Below are positions 36,822-52,016 of a stretch of DNA of 64,000 nt, piece by piece. The notes under the pieces were generated by a model. The model was not told where the DNA came from. It worked only from the letters and a program-made list of their open reading frames with translations, and made no database searches. A program made the position numbers and the translations under genes. Numbering within the stretch: the first letter of the stretch is position 1; each line of letters opens with the position of its first letter. Source of the DNA: Podarcis bocagei (lineage: Eukaryota). The DNA lies in the NCBI GenBank assembly GCA_964188305.1, contig OZ076886.1; one strand, written 5' to 3'.

Positions 36822-39800
36822 CTCTAGATGGTGTGTAGGATCAGGATGCTTTGAGCTGCTATCCCAAGACCAATAACCATGTCAAAAATGGTAACTAGGG
36901 TCAAATTAGACATGGGGTTAATTATCTGAATGCAAGTAATTTACACATTGAATAGCAGCTGCAGGAGGGCCCTCAGTGGGATTGTAGGTTTCCCTCTTGC
37001 TGTGCCCTCCACCCTGCCCTGCCCTTCCTGAAGCTGCAATAAGCAAAGCCTTCATTTGGTTATGTGAGTAGCAGCTGGGAGGTCATTTTAGTTGGGGCCA
37101 CTGCAAAGGTGAAGAGGAAAGGCTTAAAGTCTCCGTTAGACGCAGTCAAGAATAAGACCCACAAATGCTTCAAAGAGTCCTTCAAAGAACAAGAATAGGA
37201 CAATGAATCATAAAACTACCAAACAACTGGTATAGATCCATTTTGACCATCAAGTCTTTTTCAAAGATGTCCCAATTAACACCAAGCTCTTGGGAAAGGT
37301 TTCCTAAACAATCTTCTGTGGACAATATGTCCAAACAATTCCTCTTTTGCAACAGTGGCTGATAAGAAGTCCTTTCACTAAACATTTTTCTTTTTGTTGA
37401 AAGGCTGTCCTCTACAAACACAGCTTTATGTTATTACATCACATATTATCCAACTTCACTGAGATGCAGATTAGATTAGATTTTATTACAAAATATAGCT
37501 GCATGTCTGGTTTTGCCCTAAATGGCCATGTGAATTGGCTCATAGTTGGGATGCAAAAGAGGAGAGTTTGTCTGTCGTCATCCTGATTTCCAAGAAACCC
37601 TGCAGCTTCTTCCAGATTGAGACATCTGGGCTTCCTATTTTTCTACAGAATTCGCTGACTGTTTTCCCAGTTCAATACCAAATATATAATTTTCATACCC
37701 ATTGTTAAAAACCATGTCTTTTGTACCAAATTTTGATTTCAATGATTTCTAGCTTCTTCCTGCCTCCATTTATTTAATGCATTGTCTTATTGGTCAGCAT
37801 CAATCTTGTTAATAAGTGGCTCTGAGAGAGGGTAGGAAGGAGACGTCTCCGTTTTCATACTGAATTCTGCCCCCCCCCCCATCCGTTCCCTGCTTGCATT
37901 GAAGAAGGAAGACACTGTTTTGTTTTGGATACGGGGGGATAAAATTTCAGGGTGATACTTAAAATTGAAAACTACCCCTTAAGATACCCACCATGGGGTG
38001 AAGAGTGAATGGATAGGTTATCTTTTTTTTTATAATGCTACAATAGCATTTGGAGTTCTTCACTGTCAACAAAAAGATGGAGGCAACTGGAAGGCTTTAT
38101 TCCTCCAGAGACATGGAGTTGAAAGTGCTGAATTGGTGCTTTAGTAATGGCTTTAATGAGGAGCTAATAAAAGTGTGGGGGGGGTGATGATGGTACTTGG
38201 TGGGTCAGGAGAAGGCCTGGCTGTGCCTGGCATGGAGACTAATGGACATGCAATGGAGGTTAAGCCAGAACTCATCCTGAGATTTCATTTCTCCTGCAGA
38301 TGTGAGAAGGGACTAAAATCCTGAAACTTCCAGTTAAAACCCTGGAACCTGTTAACCTTATTTTTACATCCATGCCTTCCCTTTTCTTAAAAAGGAGGAA
38401 AACAGTCAACATACCTCCTTTCCTCCAGCTGCCAATAATCTCCTTTCCAAGGAGAAAGGGAGAGAACAGCAGGTTTCATTGTGCTCATTGAACTATGAAT
38501 TATTTGTAAATTTCTAGAAAATATCCCCCTCCCACCGAGACATGTGGAATATTGGTTAAAGTTTGCTTATGTGGTGGGGTGTGTGCATGTACCATCAGGA
38601 AGTGTGTAATTGAGAAGCAATTTTAATTTTATCCATGCTCTGATTTAATCAGAGCATTTGATTCCTTGGAGGGCGTGGGACGGTATTTTTAAACTGCTTT
38701 TATTAGCTGTAAGCCCAGCACCATGAGTTGAGCTATTAAAAAAAAAAAGTGAGAAGCTTTCTGGAGTTTTTAATGCATGCATGGCTTTATGAGTGAAATG
38801 CAAGTCCAACGTAGACATATCAAAGTTAGTTGAGTGTGTATGACTTGAGTAATTCCTTGACTGTAGTGTTGTAAGATTCCTTTCGTTAGCTCATTTTTTG
38901 AGGTGCAAAGCTTGATGCTGTGTAATGGATGGAAAGGGCTTCTTTCCATTCTTCACTCCCCTTTTTGAGCAGGCAGTAGGACCAGATTTCCCAGAAGGCA
39001 GACTAGGGACTAGGCAGACATTTTTAGAAACCTCAAAATCTTGTATGAAATCTTAGCCAAAGCAATAATCTTAATACGTAAATAGAAACAACAGTAGCAT
39101 TCGTACAGTATACATCTAAGGTCCTCCTATACTTTAGCAGATGGCATTACTGGAAAATGTTTTTCACTGTTTTTAAACAAATATGTTTTAGCTGCCTTGT
39201 CATGCTACCAAACTGTACAAATTCAAATTCTGAATATATTTCATGCTGCTCCCCAAAATATTGATGGAGAACTGCAAATGACTTTCAACCAGTTGCCTCT
39301 GTTGCTGAACAATGCAGAAGCTTAGATGGTGAACACAGAGTTGAACACATCCAACCCAAAGTTGAGTGTGCTCAAGTGCATTGAAATCAAAGTGATTCCA
39401 CACACACAGTTTTATTACTTTTTTCCATGTGTATTACAAAGTGTGTCAAATCTATCTTCTGGACAGTCCTGTGTAGTGGATCTGTATTATTTAATTTTTC
39501 TAGCAAGGGGCTTTGGCTGGGAGGGATAAACTTGCTCAAGGTTACCCAAGATGGTCTGAATTTGAATCCAGGACCCTCTGGCATGTTTCTCTTGAGACCA
39601 TTTTTATTTGGATAAAATTCATACATGCCATGTTAATTATGCATGCATCAGACTAAGGGTGAGGTAAATTTTTGAGAATCTTCATATTCCTGTTGAAATT
39701 TTCATATTGGAAAAGATAAACTCTTCCTTTAAACTGCTTGGAAAATTAGTCAGAAATCAAAAGCATTTCTTTTGGTTCTTATCTGACTCCTGGTGCTAAC

Positions 39801-41717
39801 TGCTGCTCAGAATGTGTCTGGTAAAAGCTTAAAAGGACTGATATTTGGAGAGATGTTCAAACAGGTGGTGCATAGGAACCACTGAGGGAAGCGCCTGAGC
39901 CTTGGAAACAAGGGTGTTTTTCTCCACCCTGATCTGAAGTGTAAGGATTGGGAAGCTCCACCCTGCATTACAATGGCTGGGGAAAGATTCCAAGGAGGAT
40001 CCAATATGACCACACCCTACGCACAGTTAGCGTGTGCAATTTCAACCATCTGCCATTCATTCAGAGCTGGCTAAGTTGAACTTGCACAAATTAATTTCAT
40101 GCAAGGCAGAGAGTTTGAATGCTCCCTTTGCACCAGGTTTTTACATACAAATTCAGGAATTTCATAGAACAATCTTTGCCAAACTGATGACTTTGGAGTA
40201 CAAATCCCATCAGCCCCAGCCAGCACAGCCATACTGGCTGGATCTGATTGGAGTTGTAGTCCATAACTTCCAGATGGTACCAAGTCGAGGAAGCACAGCA
40301 TAGATACACAGAAAAGGTGAGTGGGAATAGAAAGTGTCCCTTCTTGCTTGCATTGCACAAAAAGTGTGTGTGCAAAGTCCCCTTGAAATAAATTTACACA
40401 ATTATTCCCCCCCCCGATATTTTCTTATTATTTTCTTATTCTGAGGTTCATGCATGAGGTGAAGGGTTTGATAATTAGGAATGTGCCAGATTTTCACAGC
40501 CTTCAGTTTTCACTTTGTGATAGGAACTTCCAACCCGGCAAATACTTTTGTCAACTCAATTCAATAGCCAAATTGTTCAAAATCCATTAAAAAACAAACA
40601 AAAAACCGCTGTTTCACACAGGAGTTGCATAGTTCTAAATCCTAAAGGATCAAATCCATGAATCTTTTCCGAGTTTTGGCACATCAAAACTGTGCAGTCA
40701 CTGAGTTAGCCCACCACCAAAGGACCAAGTCTTGTGAATCTCCCCCAATTTGGGATTCAAGGAAAGCAATGGAAGCTGCTCAGTCAGTGAACAAGATTAA
40801 AAAGGCCAAACTGAGGGAAACTCTCTAATTTGTCAGTAGCCTCTGGGCCCATCTCTCTTTAGATGCATTCTTTCAAGCCTTTTTGCAAGCCCTTTAGAAA
40901 AGTGATGGTCTACTTCCAGCCTCCACCTGTGGACCCACCCACAGCCTCATAGCTTGGTACAAAGAATTATAGAGGATATATCATGTGAGGCTGGTCCTGC
41001 TAGTCAGTTTGACCATTGGAGCAAGGATTGGGCAAGTCTATTGTGTTAAGGCTAGAAAACTTAGGTGGAATTTGCATTGGACTCTCGTGCCCATTAAAAA
41101 AAAAATTCCTCATAGAATTACTTCCTTTAAAAGATTGATCAACTACATACAACTATGGACTCACTGGGCATGTTGTTTTTATAACAATGGGGAGAAATAC
41201 AGGCATAGGTAACCTATGATAAGTGTAGCGCTGCTGCTTTCTTTCATGGTATTAAAATAATGGAACATTTTAAAGCATCTAATTCTTTCACAAATGTGAA
41301 TTTTGCAGTCGACTGCTAATACATGACACCATATTGGTTGTGCAATATCATGCTAACAAAATTCAAAAATGATTTTATAAAACTTATTAATTGGATAAAA
41401 TGGTTCCATGACACAAGGAACACTCTAGACACAGTAAGTTCTCCAAATAAAATTTGAGCTTTGTTATAATGGAACTCAAAGACAGCCCAGGATCATGTTT
41501 TGTGGAGACCTGAATTCAGTGTTACAAAAATGTGCTCTATTCTCTAGTCAGGCTTCAGCCAGCAATGCTGCTATTTTCTTTCTATGGCCTGCCAAACACA
41601 ATTATCTTCTCAAGAGAAACAATGGAAACAAAATAAAATTTTAATGGCAAACATTCCCTTTTCAAAGATCTGGTTTGGGATCTCTCGCACACAAAGTAGA
41701 GAGAGCTCTCTCTCTAG

Positions 41718-42014
<297 letters not shown>

Positions 42015-42321
42015 TAGTTTATAGCCAGCTTTCTTTCTTTTAGGCCCTGTTCTATTGCAGTAACAATGAGAAAGATTTTCTTATTCCTCCCATTTTATAT
42101 AAAATCACTGGAGCAACCCTTGGCGCAAATATAGTGCCACTGTCCTTGTTCACATTATCAGTTCTAGTGAGTTCTATTGACATTCTAAAATATAATGATC
42201 TATGTCACAGTCCCCCCCCCAAAAAAAACCACACCCACTGGTAGTCTCAGTTACCCTAATTTGCCTGAACATGAATAAAATAATTCAGCCCTTAATTATA
42301 ATTCTTTTTTTTTTTTTAACC

Positions 42322-42747
42322 AGGCACAACTCGTTTTGGCAAACCATGATTTAGTGTGAACGTGCAAGTATGTAGGCCCCAAGAGAGGAACTCAAAACTG
42401 TTTTGCTGCTCCCTGGTCATTCCTCTGTTGCATTGTGCTATGCTATGCCATAGCTTGATTTAGTGTGTCATCTGAACCCTGGCTTATGGTTTAGCGCTCT
42501 CCAGACTAGCCATGAACTATAGCCAAAGTTGGTCCTATGATTTATTGCTTGTTCTTTGTCCAAGAGAACCAAACCATATTCCAGATGACTTACTAAGCCA
42601 TCCAAATGACTTATTAAACTATGGCTAAGTTCAACGCGGCAGCTGAACAACTGGGGAGGAGCAAGGTAGTTGTGACCTCCTCTTCAAGATCCTGTATGTT
42701 GGTGCTAAAACATGGTTGGGCTTAGCATGGCGTGTGAATGGGGCCAC
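42322..42747. repeat. Long imperfect palindromic repeat (MITE-like)
   Basis: aaaccatg / catggtt and gctgctcccc-type / ggggaggagc arms in mirror arrangement; a similar aaaccatg-rich block lies at ~63640-63980. Confidence 0.45.
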
Positions 42748-43199
42748 TGACTTTATATTCTTTGTGCTGCAATATCCATACCTTAGTTAATCATTTTCTC
42801 TACTCATTTGTTGACATTTTCCTTCCTTTTCTATTTCCCATCAATATATGCCACAAATTTGTGGCCATGTCAGTGGTGACATGGCTGTTGAAATTACTTA
42901 ATCCAATAGCAGTTGTTGGACTATAATGGGACTACTTCACAAAAAGTGATTTGAAAATGGCAGCTTTAGAGGCAATTGAAATGTGTAGGTGCTCATGTGA
43001 TATAATAGATCATTTGTTTGAGTGCCTCTTATGTCAAGATCTTCCACATCTGGAGAACTAGTAAGGAAAAGGCTTACTGTCAATCTGCAATCATCTCTGA
43101 TGTGGGAGATCTTCATGTGCCAACAAATTATTAGAAGAACATCCCCAGCACACACACACATTGAGACTTCAAATGGCAGGAGAGTGTAGTGAAGCTGTT

Positions 43200-43652
43200 C
43201 TAGGAATGAGGAAGATTCAGTTTGGATTTAAAGGAGAACGTAACTAATTAGCATTTTTTTTAAAAAACAACAACAATCTGAGAATCAAACCAACCATCTT
43301 CCAAAATTTGCACTTCTTTGAATTTTGCAATGCAGTTCTTCAGCCAAGTGATGTATAAAAAGTGTATACATTGGGGTAGAGTGTGCATTAAAATGCATTT
43401 GTCAGTTAAGATAACATAACAAAAATGCATTATTTGGAGGGACATTCCTTTGCTGAAATGTGTATCTGTTGCAAAACTGCACACAAATGTGAATATTAGG
43501 AGAAATTCACAAAAATGTTGAGGAATGTTCATGATGCATTTTTAAAAATATATATATATTGCAAAATGATGTGGAAATGTGGAGTGTGGAGTACTGGATT
43601 TAAGATTGGAAAAGTAAGAAATTGAAAGTGTAATTGATGGATTCACCCATTT
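43200..43652. repeat. AT-rich interspersed repeat (probable non-autonomous DNA transposon); inverted relative at ~31780-32240
   Basis: aatgtggag...ttaagattggaaaa..aagaaattga is the reverse complement of tcagtttctaattttttccaatcttaa...ctccacatt at ~31815-31857. Confidence 0.55.
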
Positions 43653-43858
43653 GCTGTGACAAAGGAGAATTCAATGTGAACGGAGAATTCAATGTGAACG
43701 GGGAAACTATGCCAAGATGAGAAGAAGGTTTAACAACAACAACAACAACAAAACCAACTTTATTATTTAAACCTTGTCCATCTGGCTGGGTTTCCCCAGT
43801 CATTCTGGGTGGCTTCCAGCATATATAAAATCACAATGAAATGTATGACATGCACTTA

Positions 43859-44076
43859 GGGGAGAAGCCATACCTCTGTGGTAGAGCATATCCTTTGCAT
43901 GAAACGCATCCTAGGCTAATTCCCCAGAATCTGCTGTTGAAGTGTCTCAGGTATTAGTGCAGGGAATGATTTATGCTTAAGACATTGGGTGCCATATCCA
44001 GTCACAGTAGATAGCATTGGGCTAGATGAACCAATGATGCAGCTCAGTATATAAGGCCTCTTATATTCATATGTCC
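43859..44076 (+). mobile_element. Degenerate Squam3-like SINE
   Basis: gtggtagagcat...tttgcatg head and gctagatgaaccaatg...ataagg 3' part, shared with the 23165 copy. Confidence 0.6.
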
Positions 44077-47000
44077 CATTCTGAAGTTGTATCATTCCAA
44101 GTGGTGATTGCAACATGTGAGTGCCTGTATGTTTGAGCCGGCTCTCAAATGAATAAGCATTTGATCATATGTTACATAAGGTCTAGCCAAGAAGACAACA
44201 TTTCTTTGATTTTTATGGTTGCCACAGCAGTTTTACAGTTTGGTCTTCGGTTCTTGAAAAGTATGAGGGATCATTTTACAGTAGGTACCAATAAAGATAT
44301 GAACTTCATCTTTATTTTCTTCACGGAATTTTGGTTGACCAATAAGGCACTGGCAGCTGTGCCATTGGCTGCAAGAGATGCTACACCATGATGCTTAAAT
44401 AAACAAGATTCTCCCAAGGTGCCATTGCTGTACTGTGAGGCGTGGAATGCACATATTTCAATGTGAGCCCCATCTTAGGTACCTTGTCCCCTGTGCAAAA
44501 TTGAACCATACTGCATCTTTTCCTTTAAATGTGGTCATTCAGGGAGCTCCCGCCACAAACAAAACAAGTAATCTGTTTCTTTCTTCAGAGGTATGGAACT
44601 TTCATTTAAAAGATTAATTTCTTTTATACTTCCCTTCCATATTTCTAACTCTATTGAAAATATTGGCATTGGGGTACAACATTTTTAAGGGCTAAGAATC
44701 AGTTTCATCCAGTTTACATTACACTCCAAAATGAATTGATCCAATACAGTTAACTGCAGGGGATAAATTTTAAAAGCACCTTTATTTAGACCTCCCCCTT
44801 TAGATCTAAATTAATATTTTACATGTGCATTTGAGAAACAAAGGACATGAGCTCTCAAGTGTTCATTGTGAAATAGTCTTGCTGCTGTAAGGCACACACC
44901 ATAAGCAATTTGCAGTGCAAATATTGTAATTTTAATGTATTTTGCATGTATTCAAGCTTTGTAATTGCAGTATTTATAGGCATGAAATGGAAACTGATTA
45001 TCAAGCCATTTATTGAGACTCTGCACTGGTGTATGTGCCATTGAAGAAAATAGGACTTTTGCTAGCACAGCACTTTGAGGATTGAGATGCATGTTAAATA
45101 TGTAGATTTAAAATGATTTTGGAAACACGTATTTATTATTTAAACATACATTTCAGTTATAGGCTCTCATAACATAATTACAGCCTTTCTCACTCAGGGA
45201 AGTACATCGGAACATAATTTGTCATATTAATTGTGTGCAGAAATACAGATACTTCAGGCCGGGCTTTCAATTAATCTTCAACTGCCATAATGAAAATTAT
45301 TTTTAAAATTCTTTGACTTTTTTTTAAAAAAAGAAAGAGGAACAGGTTATTCACTTGAATTATGTTGTTCATACATAAACAGCAATTGTATATACAATGG
45401 CATAAACAAGCAAATAATTTCAGTCCCAAGACCAGATTATTTGGCAGCCTTGATTAAACCTCAGAAAATGTTGACTCTCTCTTGTAAGATGAGGACTGCA
45501 GGGACACTATCCCTTTATGCTTAAGAGCACGAAAGCATAGCTTCTTTTTTTATCTGTCACCCTTTCTCTGTTTAATTTTTGTTAGCTATATACATTTATT
45601 TTAGTGATTTGTTTTAAAACTATTTTTGATATTATTAGCTCGTTTTAGCACTTTTGAAGTGGGCAAGACGGGGTAAAAGTCTTGTTGTTGGGGAGAGAGA
45701 TCCTAGTGAAATTGAGAGGATGCATAAAGTTTTTGAAGCCAAAATAATTATATCCAAAGTAGCCCACAGAGACATTCTCCATTAGGGTACTGATTAGGTA
45801 GCTGGAATGGAAGAATTGTATATGTTGGAAATGGACAGTCTAAACATTTGCTGTAGGCCTCTAGTTCTTCTCATGTTGCAGATTAGGGTCTAAGACCACA
45901 AAAATCGTCAGTGATAAAGCGATCTTTGAATTTGGGTACTTCTGACATTAGTGCCGTTGTGCTGCCTCTCACATATTTTGGGGTTTCAGAAATTTGGGGA
46001 ATTGTAAGAAGTGGTTCCAGGGCATGGTCTGATGAAACATAATGCAGTCAGTAGTCTTGCTAAAGTGAAACAAATCTGGGTTTTATCCATGCCTTGATGG
46101 GAGACTTCCTTTTCAGTGGAAGAAAAGTGGGATATAAATGTTAATAATAATAAGAAGAAGAATGAAAAGGGAGATAGGCATATGGCTGCTTACAAATGTC
46201 ACGAAAAGGTAAAATCCTTAATCTGTTTTGCGTTTAAACATTAAGACCTGTGCTAATTGTTCTGCAGAACTAAAAGCAGAAGACATAACCATGTGCTTTG
46301 AAAGTACATGTCTTTTTTCATTATGTTGATAAATTTCTTCTTCCTCATGGTTCCAGCTGCTGAAATTACTTATGTTCATGCATTCATTCTTTTATTTATG
46401 GATTATATTTAAAGCACAAGCCTTCCCCATCCACAGAAATAGGGAACGGTTAAAATAATAAAAGTACACAGAAAAATCCTGATAATGTCAAGCCAAATAA
46501 GACATAAAGCCTCAGCCCAATTGAGAGCTTAAATCTTGAAGCCAAAAGCCAGCCAAAATGAAGAGGTCTCATAGTGTGTCTGAAAGAGGCTCCGTTAGTA
46601 TTTGGCAAGACTCCAGGAAAGGAATTTAATAACTGTGGGGCAATTGCTGTGCTTCTCTGCATTACACGTATTGCACAGCACACTGCTGGTGTGGATGTTA
46701 AGGACACTAATTTCAACCAACAGAACAATGAGGCTCTTGGTACATTTCACTTTTGCACAGTAACTCAAATGAATTTCTAACAAGCTGTCAATACTTTTGT
46801 TATTCAAGACAAATTATCTAGAACTAACAACATTTTTTAAAAAATACATCTCAATATCACCAACACCATAGGATGCAGTTACAGTCTGCAATATAAAAAT
46901 AATTGGAGTAGATTACAAACTTGTTACTGATGCAATGACAAATATACTTTGGGATCTTAAAATGATAGCAGCAACATACGTCTTGCTATTCTTAAGCCCT

Positions 47001-49236
47001 GTAGTTCAACTTGTAATACGGTTCATGTTCCAACTGATTTAAGAGAATTTATATGAAACAGATGACAAGCATAACAACTTAAAAAGTTTTAAGCTTACTT
47101 AAAAACCCCAGAAGGGAGAGGTGCTGTTGTACTTGATTCGAACCTCATTCCACATTCTCATTTCTTTTATGTCTAAGTAACTCACTTTATTTTCTTAACT
47201 AGATTTATATTCTGCTTTTTTGACTAAGTCCTCGTAGTTGCTCACAACTTTACAGAATGGAATGCATATATTAAACACCACACCTTTAAAAAATAAATAA
47301 AAAGAATTAGTCTACCTGGAGTAAGTGCCAGATGTTGACTTCACCTGCCTTTTTTCTCTGTGCTGGATTTGCAGTTAGTAGTAAATGGTCCTGTAATGGG
47401 AGGAAAGATAGTCTAGCAGCAGGCAACTGCAGTTATGTTAGTGTGTACAGAAAAACTATAGCGGTTACTGGGAAATGTTTGAATGTTGACAAAATAGTGG
47501 TAGGCTGCTTAGAGCAGATAAATGTTCCATTGCATCACATTTGATACAGTGAAAGAATGCAGCACAAACTTAAGTGCTTAAGGAGTTGTGACTTTAAAAA
47601 AAGAGAGAATTAGTACCTAGGGGTTATGTCTCAGGTTTTGGGGGTTCCTATAGCAGTTTAAATCTCTGGGCTGTGACTTAGCCTATTGATACACCTGTAT
47701 CATTAGTGGCTACTCCTACACATGCATTCCTGAAGCTGGGGGGAAGTGTATATGATTTATAAGAATCCATTCAAAATTTCAACACAGGAAGTTTGGGGGG
47801 GGGAGGAGCGGTTTTCAGATTTACCCCTTTCTGTAACCTCCAGTGCAAAATGAACTAAATGTCAACAGTTTGATAGAAAGTTTGTGCCCAGAATGACTGG
47901 ACAATAATCTATATTTAATTGTGCTTTTAAAACTATAGTTTTTGTTTAACATATTTACTTAAAAGAGAATGAGGGAGTGTGATCGTAAAGAACCTTCCAG
48001 CAAATCTGCTGAACTCTTTTCAACCTTAACACTATGCAACAATGTACCATAAATATGTCAGTTTCTTCATGGGAACCAACATGTTTTTATTGGGAAATGG
48101 ATGAAATGATGTTGAAAGAGAATTAAATTGGGGACAGACATATGGAAGCTGCAGAGATATTAATTTACACACATACAGACGCATATACACACATATACTT
48201 ATTTACACACACACACACCAGGGGGTTTCACCAATCACAAGATTTCATTTGAACGCCCCCCCCCCCAAGTGCTTCATAAAACAGCCTGATTTGGCTGGAA
48301 CCAATTTGAAGGCTGCCCAGTTCAGCTCAGGGGTCCAAGTCTGCTTGTTTTCTTTCCAAAAAGGAATAATGTCTCACTTTAAAAAAGGGGGGGCTACAAT
48401 TGGAAGACATTTGCAGGCAAGGTCACTCCTTCTGAGGGCAAGAATCATGCAAAAATGCAAAAGGATAGCTGTACTTTTTTTTTCCTGCAAAGGCAGCCAT
48501 TACAGTTGGGAGTGGGTAAAAAAGGAATCACTTCATCTTCCCTGGTGTTTTATGGGCAATTGGTCTGAAAATTGCAGACAGGAGAGAGTTGCTTCTGGGT
48601 AAGAATGGCAGACAAATAAGCCCAGGTGTTTTTGTTCTGGGAACCTTTAAATTTGATTTTGGAGTGGGAAGAACTGAAAGATTTGTTTTCCTGGGCGAAA
48701 TCATTCTCTATGATTACAGTTTAAAGCTGTCAGTCATAAAGGAACTCTTCATCCTGGTGCTTAGAGTTTGGCTGTTGCAAAGCTGTTCCCTCCCTCAAAG
48801 CACTGGGATTGGAGAGGGCCAGTAAAACCATTCCCCTCTGATTACGAGATGAAGCTGTCAGTAACAACACAGCTCTTCCTCTGTGTCCTCTCACCACTCT
48901 GCTTTCCCATCCGTCATCATCCCGCCCTGGCATTATGATGTTATGCAGCAGTGATTGGTGGGGCAACACAGGCAGTGTGGTGTGGTGCCTCTGGCTTCCA
49001 AACAGTGAGCTTTGCTGCTGCATACAAGAGAGAATGGCAATGTGCAGAGAGCTCAGCTTGGTGGAGGTGCGGTGGCAGAGCCAATCCGTGGTGCCTATCA
49101 CTGCACCTACACTAGGCTGAGCTTCCCATGCTTCACCTCTGTTCCCTTTGGGAAGCGGCAACGATTCTCCCTAGGAAATCAGGAGCACAATTCTGTGCTG
49201 CCTTTTTGCCACCCCACCAACTGCTGCTGTTGTTAC

Positions 49237-49458
49237 GGTACCTCAGGTTACATACGCTTCAGGTTACAGACTCCTCTAACCCAGAAATAGTACCTCGGGT
49301 TAAGAACTTTGCTTCAGGATGAGAACAGAAATTGTGCTCCGGTGGCACGGCAGCAGCAGGAGGCCCCATTAACTGAAGTGATGCTTCAGGTTAAGAACAG
49401 TTTCAGGTTAAGAACGGACCTCCGGAACGAATTAAGTACTTAACCTGAGGTACCACTG
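49237..49458. mobile_element. Tc1/mariner MITE (left terminus damaged)
   Basis: Highly similar to 20716-20957; intact right TIR plus TA. Confidence 0.85.
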
Positions 49459-49819
49459 TATATGCCACACTGTAAAATGAGAATGAATTTGGGCAGAGAT
49501 GATGCTATCTTATAATGAGTCAGACCACTGGTCCACCGGCTTCCATATCTGATGAACAGTGACTCCTCAGTGGACTGCCAGGCCTGATGTACTATAGCTC
49601 AGGATGCCAGGGATTGAACCTAGGATCCTCTGTATACAAAGCCTTTGCTTTGCCACTCAGCCAATACCTCTCTCCATGGCCAAACCCTCTTTGAAACCTT
49701 CCTCTTTTTATTTAAGTTTCTTCTGTCTTCATTTCATTTTTCCCTGTGCTGTGTTTTTATTATGCATGCAATTTACACAAGAGATGAATGAGTGGAAGAG
49801 TCATATATATATATGAATG

Positions 49820-50200
49820 AAGGTAAATGAACCCTGGACGGTAAGTCCAGTCAAAGGTGACTGTGGGGTTGTAGCACTCATCTTGCTTTCAGGTCAAGGG
49901 AGCTGGCGTTTGTCCACAGACAGCTTTCTGGGTCATGTGGCCAGCATAACTAAACCACTTCTGGTGCAACAGAACACCGTGACGGAAACCAGAGCGCATG
50001 GAAATGCCATTTATGTTCCCACCGAAGCGGTACCTATTTATCTACTTGCACAGGTGTGCTTTCGAACTGCTAGGTTGGCAGGAGCTGGGACAGAGCAACA
50101 GGAGCTCACCCTGTTCAAACAGGAGCTCACCAACACGGATTCAAACTGTCAACCTTCTGATCAGCAAGCCTAAGAAGCTCAGTGGTTTAGATCACAGCAC
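49820..50200 (-). mobile_element. Sauria SINE
   Basis: Colinear similarity with 8516-8899; internal aacaggagctcacc duplication. Confidence 0.88.
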
Positions 50201-51036
50201 AATGTAAAAGTCACTTCTGGAAAACTAGTGGAATCTAGCAGAAATTTAGTGCTCATCTGCATGCTTTTTGCTTTCAGAAAAAAATATGCTTGCAGCCCTG
50301 TTTACCTGGAAAATAATGGGAGTTCTGCATTGTAATTTGGCATGATGAAATTTGGAGTGTTATTCCAGCATACAGTTCTTTCTCAACATTTAAAATTTAG
50401 CTTGGCATGGAGGTATATCGATCAAAAAGCCACATTCCCATAACACAACAGGTAACACTGTATAAAAAAATATGTTAGAATCCAGGATATAAACACTAGC
50501 ATTGTAATTAGGAAAACTAACATAACAATCCCCATGTCTGCACCCTCACTCTTGCATAGATATATGTCAGTGAGGCACAAATGAAATTTACTTTGACTGG
50601 ATTATTCTCTTGTCATATGAGGTACATACTACATTTTAGAACTTGGGAATTTTCTGTTAAATTTCAATAATATGCTATAGAAGCCAGCATATCCTAGGCC
50701 CTGAATTATTATTATTTTCCTTGAGATGCATGGATATATAGAAACTGCAAGTTGACTGCATTCAAATGTTGCAATGTGTCACAAACAATTTTCATACCCA
50801 GAAGCAAATGCCTGCCATGTATGAAAACAGAGCTAATATTATTACAACTGGGAAGATGAACATTTGCAAATATTGTTGTCATTGGCTTTTATACTGGTTA
50901 CTTCAAAAACGCATTCAAACACTGACAGGTTAATTACACGTTCCAAACCTTTGTTTATGTGATCTGAGAAGAATGTGTTATTAAAGAACTATTTTGCATC
51001 TCACTGATTTCCTCCTTGCTTATTTTTTCCTCCTAG

Positions 51037-51249
<213 letters not shown>

Positions 51250-51264
51250 TGAATGTTACTGCAA

Positions 51265-51820
51265 TAGGCTTTGGTGCAATCACATTTGGAATGCAGCGTA
51301 CAGCTCTGGTTGCCTCACTTTAAAAGGGTATTGTGGAGTTGGAAAAGATTCAGAAAACGGCATCCAAAATGTTTAAGGAGATGGAGCAGCTCCCCTGTGA
51401 GGAAAGGTTTCAATGTTTTGAACTTTTTAGTTCAGAGAAAAGGTGGTTAAAAGGTGACGTGATAGAAGTTTATGAATCTGAGCATGGCACGCAGAAAAGG
51501 GGCTAGGGAAAAGTTTTTCTTCCAGTCTCCTAGCGCTAAAACTCAGAGACATCGAACGAAGCTGAATGTTGGAAGACTCAGAACAGAACAGTACTTCTTC
51601 ACACAGCACATGGTTAAATGTGGAAATTGCTCCCACCGCTGTCAGTGACAGCCACAAACATGGATGACTTTAAAAAGAGGATTAGACAAATTCATGGAGG
51701 ACAAGGCTATCAAGGGCTACTAGCCATGATGGCTGTGCTCTGACTCCATGATCAGAAGGAGTAATGCTACCAGTTGCTCTTGTACTTGGGGATTTCCCAC
51801 AGGCCTCTGGTTGGCCACTT
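51265..51820 (+). mobile_element. Degenerate CR1 LINE 3' fragment about 100 bp downstream of exon 10
   Basis: Remnant HLECSVQLWLPHF...ELEKIQK.ASKM..EMEQLPCEER...LFSSEKR, then FKKRLDKFMED.AI at the end. Confidence 0.8.
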
Positions 51821-51984
51821 CTTAGGTGACGTTGATGTATTTGAGTTGTTCTGTAGACAAAAGCCTCTGCTTCACAGGTGTGCATTTACATAGACTGAGA
51901 AGAAGGGAAAGTATGGTGAGAAAGCTTGTTCCATATAATAGAAATATGAAATACAATGCATACCCTTTAAACTTGGCATGTAAT

Positions 51985-52016
51985 ATACTTACCTGGCAGG
52001 GGAGACACCTTGATCA
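51985..52016 (+). pseudogene. 3'-truncated U1 snRNA retropseudogene (nt 1-32)
   Basis: ATACTTACCTGGCAGGGGAGACACCTTGATCA matches the U1 5' end (30/32 against the human sequence as recalled); perfect 16-bp TSD taaacttggcatgtaa (51968-51983 / 52017-52032). Confidence 0.88.

Noticed and set aside
51985-52016. Functional U1 snRNA gene
   Set aside because: Only nt 1-32 are present; no Sm site, remaining stem-loops or recognisable snRNA promoter, and it is flanked by TSDs.
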